This document shows positions 15,246-16,855 of a stretch of DNA of 16,855 bases, piece by piece. Positions within the stretch are counted from its first letter, which is position 1, and the number at the start of each line of letters is the position of its first letter. Below the pieces are notes generated by a model that did no database searches, was not told where the DNA came from, and saw nothing but the letters and a program-made list of their open reading frames with translations. The DNA lies in assembly GCA_964597345.1 (NCBI GenBank), contig CAZQXK010000077.1, positions 668-17,522 of the forward strand, read 5' to 3'. Position numbers and translations under genes: made by a program. This DNA is from an uncultured Thermodesulfobacteriota bacterium. GTDB taxonomy: Bacteria > Desulfobacterota > Desulfarculia > JACQYL01.

Positions 15246-15926
15246 GGGTCACGTTCTTTGCCAGCTGTCAGGGGACTCTTTGTACTGTTGCTTTACATGT
15301 TGAGGGTTCTTCTGGAATATGATTTATCACAAATATTTTCTTACCCTTGATCATACCATAGGAGAACGTGCCATCGTCGCATGTTATAGAAATATTAGTT
15401 CCATCTATTACGCCTTGACATATTTGACCAGGATTCGGCTTAATATTTAAGGCTCTTATAAAGTACCCTCTTTGTTCGATTTCTACCATAAAATATTCAC
15501 CATCTTCAGGTGGGTCAGCAAAAGCATAGTGACTGCAATACATGGTACCTTCCCATGTACCGGTAAGATCGAATGCGGAAACACTTGCCGAAGTTAGGAA
15601 GATACAAAATACCAGTGAAAAGTACGCTCTTTTCATTGTGCCTACCTCCTTCTTTGGGTTCTTGTATACTGCACTCCGCAGTGGCGAAGTAGCTGAGACA
15701 AACCAATCAGGTTATGCACCTCACTTTTATTGTAGGCTGTCGAATGAAGAAGTACTTATACTGTTAGTAACTCAGCTGAAAGAATTCATGCAATAACCGC
15801 GGTGAGATATGGTGAAGGTGAGAAATCCGCATAATCCATACGGAATGCTGTATCATACTTGGGATATAGATAGAATAAAAATCAGATAACTATAACATCT
15901 CTAGTCTACTCCCGAGAACGAACTAA
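15226..15926. mobile_element. Low-GC (~40%) ~700-bp islet bounded by imperfect direct repeats GGTCAAAAAGAGC (15211-15223) and GGTCAAGAAAAAAGAGC (15927-15943). Candidate horizontally acquired single-gene cassette.
   Basis: There is an abrupt composition change at both ends. The islet carries one gene with its own strong SD and terminator. The 13/17-nt flanking direct repeats share GGTCAA and AAAAGAGC. No integrase or transposase is present. Confidence 0.35.
15268..15636 (-). CDS. Small secreted protein (122 aa; signal peptide, 4 Cys in the mature part), function unknown. It sits in a low-GC islet.
   Basis: A strong RBS (AAGGAGGT) lies 7 nt upstream of the ATG. The signal peptide is MKRAYFSLVFCIFLTSASVSA. 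Mature sequence: DLTGTWEGTMYCSHYAF...ICQG...ITCDD...STCKA. Codon usage and GC (~40%) differ sharply from neighbouring genes (~63%). Confidence 0.7.
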   Translation of the reverse strand: MKRAYFSLVFCIFLTSASVSAFDLTGTWEGTMYCSHYAFADPPEDGEYFMVEIEQRGYFIRALNIKPNPGQICQGVIDGTNISITCDDGTFSYGMIKGKKIFVINHIPEEPSTCKATVQRVP

Positions 15927-16125
15927 GGTCAAGAAAAAAGAGCAGAAGCGTTTTCAGGTCCCTTTTTCGGGCCAGTGAAGAGATGCGATGTGCGGGGTCG
16001 CGCTTTACTTTTCGTCACTGCGGCGCATCGTGTCTACGCCGCATTCCCCAGGAATTGGGCACGTTGCAGTTCATCGCTTTTTAGCAACCTGCCGGCTGCC
16101 CAGTTTTTCAACCACGGACCGCAAA

Positions 16126-16855
16126 TCATTTCCCGCCCGGTCCCCGGAAGTACTTGGACAGGAAAGCCAGGAGTTTATCTTTGGGCAGTTCGGTTTCCTC
16201 CAGGATCGGCGCCGCTTCTTCGAGAACCCGGGCGGCGTCGCCGTAGCCCAGATAGCGGGAAAGGACGTCGTCGTGGCGAATCCCCAACGACCTTCCCAGG
16301 AGCGACAGAATGGACACGATGCGGAAGGGAGCGTTGGGGCCTTCCGGGGCGAATACGGATTGGCATCCGGGACAATACAGGCCCATGTACTCGGCGCCGG
16401 ATTCCCGGACTTCCTGAAGCCGGACGCCGCGAAAGTCCGCCCCGGGTTTCCCCACGGCGGCCATGGCGGAGCCCCCGCAGCACAGCGCGTTTTCCCGGGA
16501 GTGGCTCAACTCGACGATCTGGATGCCGGGGACCGCTTGGAGCAGCGTGCGGGGGGAATCGGACTCGGGGTGTTCTCCCCGGACCAGATGACACGCGTCA
16601 TGCAGGGCCACGGTGGCCCGCACTTCCGAAAAGGGTCCCAGTTCGTCCACACGATCCGCCAGATACCGGGTGACAAAGCTCCAGGACCAGGAGGTTTCCG
16701 GCTCGTGCATATCAAAAAACGCGTTGCAGGTGGGGCACAGGAACACCACGTGTTCCGGCTGGAAGGCGTTCAGTCCCGTGACCAGGGGCTGGAAATGAGG
16801 CGCGACGCCCTTCGGATTTCCGGCCCGGGGGTTCGTGTCTCCGCAACAAGAAGCC
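16126..16855 (-). CDS. CCG-domain (Cys-rich) Fe-S oxidoreductase subunit, HdrD/HdrB/GlpC/LutA-like. It is 5'-truncated by the window edge.
   Basis: The reading frame stays open to position 16855 (…ASCCGDTNPRAGNPKG…FLCPTCNAFF…). A second CCG motif is present (CHLVRGEHPES…ALCCGGSAMAAVGKP…YCPGCQSVF). Two CX(n)CCGX(m)CXXC modules are diagnostic of this family. The stop lies at 16126. Confidence 0.75.
   Translation of the reverse strand, partial: ASCCGDTNPRAGNPKGVAPHFQPLVTGLNAFQPEHVVFLCPTCNAFFDMHEPETSWSWSFVTRYLADRVDELGPFSEVRATVALHDACHLVRGEHPESDSPRTLLQAVPGIQIVELSHSRENALCCGGSAMAAVGKPGADFRGVRLQEVRESGAEYMGLYCPGCQSVFAPEGPNAPFRIVSILSLLGRSLGIRHDDVLSRYLGYGDAARVLEEAAPILEETELPKDKLLAFLSKYFRGPGGK

Noticed and set aside
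14758-15252. ORFs of 89 aa (+) and 122 aa (-) inside the long non-coding region
   Set aside because: Pro/Arg/Leu-rich and without RBS. They overlap the palindrome array and hairpins. More likely non-coding.
15975-16673. 232-aa plus-strand ORF
   Set aside because: Extremely Arg/Pro/Gly-rich. It is antisense to the CCG-domain oxidoreductase, whose frame stays open to the window edge with diagnostic CCG motifs.
1-16855. tRNA genes
   Set aside because: There are no GGTTCGAATCC/GGTTCAAATCC-type T-arm signatures or cloverleaf-compatible segments on either strand.

Overview
This is a high-GC (about 60-65%) bacterial chromosomal segment with dense operon-like gene packing, apart from one short low-GC islet near 15.2-15.9 kb.

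Coding content, in window order:
- Minus strand: an SPFH/band-7 protein with C-terminal double zinc ribbon (COG4260/YdjI-like), overlapping by 38 bp a 422-aa multi-zinc-ribbon protein.
- Plus strand: a TrkH/KtrB-type K+ transporter and a TrkA/KtrA-type NAD-binding regulator (ktrAB-like pair).
- Plus strand: a 604-aa signal-peptide protein with an internal tandem duplicated ~85-aa domain and no recognisable family.
- Minus strand, apparently one long transcription unit: a Usp-family protein, an SLC13/DASS permease with two central TrkA-C domains, a cytidylate-kinase-like protein with a degenerate P-loop and a C-terminal BON domain, a single-domain receiver, a transmembrane sensor histidine kinase, and an NtrC-family sigma54-dependent response regulator.
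- Minus strand: an orphan single-domain receiver gene.
- Minus strand: a small Cys-containing secreted protein in a ~700-bp low-GC islet flanked by imperfect direct repeats.
- Minus strand: a CCG-domain Fe-S oxidoreductase (HdrD/GlpC/LutA-like), truncated at the window edge.

The most unusual part is non-coding. A ~100-bp element with a conserved GGCGTAC-N5-GTACGCC palindrome is duplicated upstream of both the orphan receiver and the usp-transporter-signalling unit. A ~790-bp ORF-free region (14434-15220) carries three ~39-bp-spaced copies of the palindrome TGTTTCA-N3-TGAAACA, plus many further GTTTC-Nx-GAAAC inverted repeats with other spacings. It also has a TATAAT box and a downstream stable hairpin. 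I read this as a candidate regulatory hub and/or an undescribed ncRNA locus.

No tRNA, rRNA, CRISPR array or transposase gene is recognisable. All calls come from reading the sequence and the supplied ORF translations; no database search was possible.
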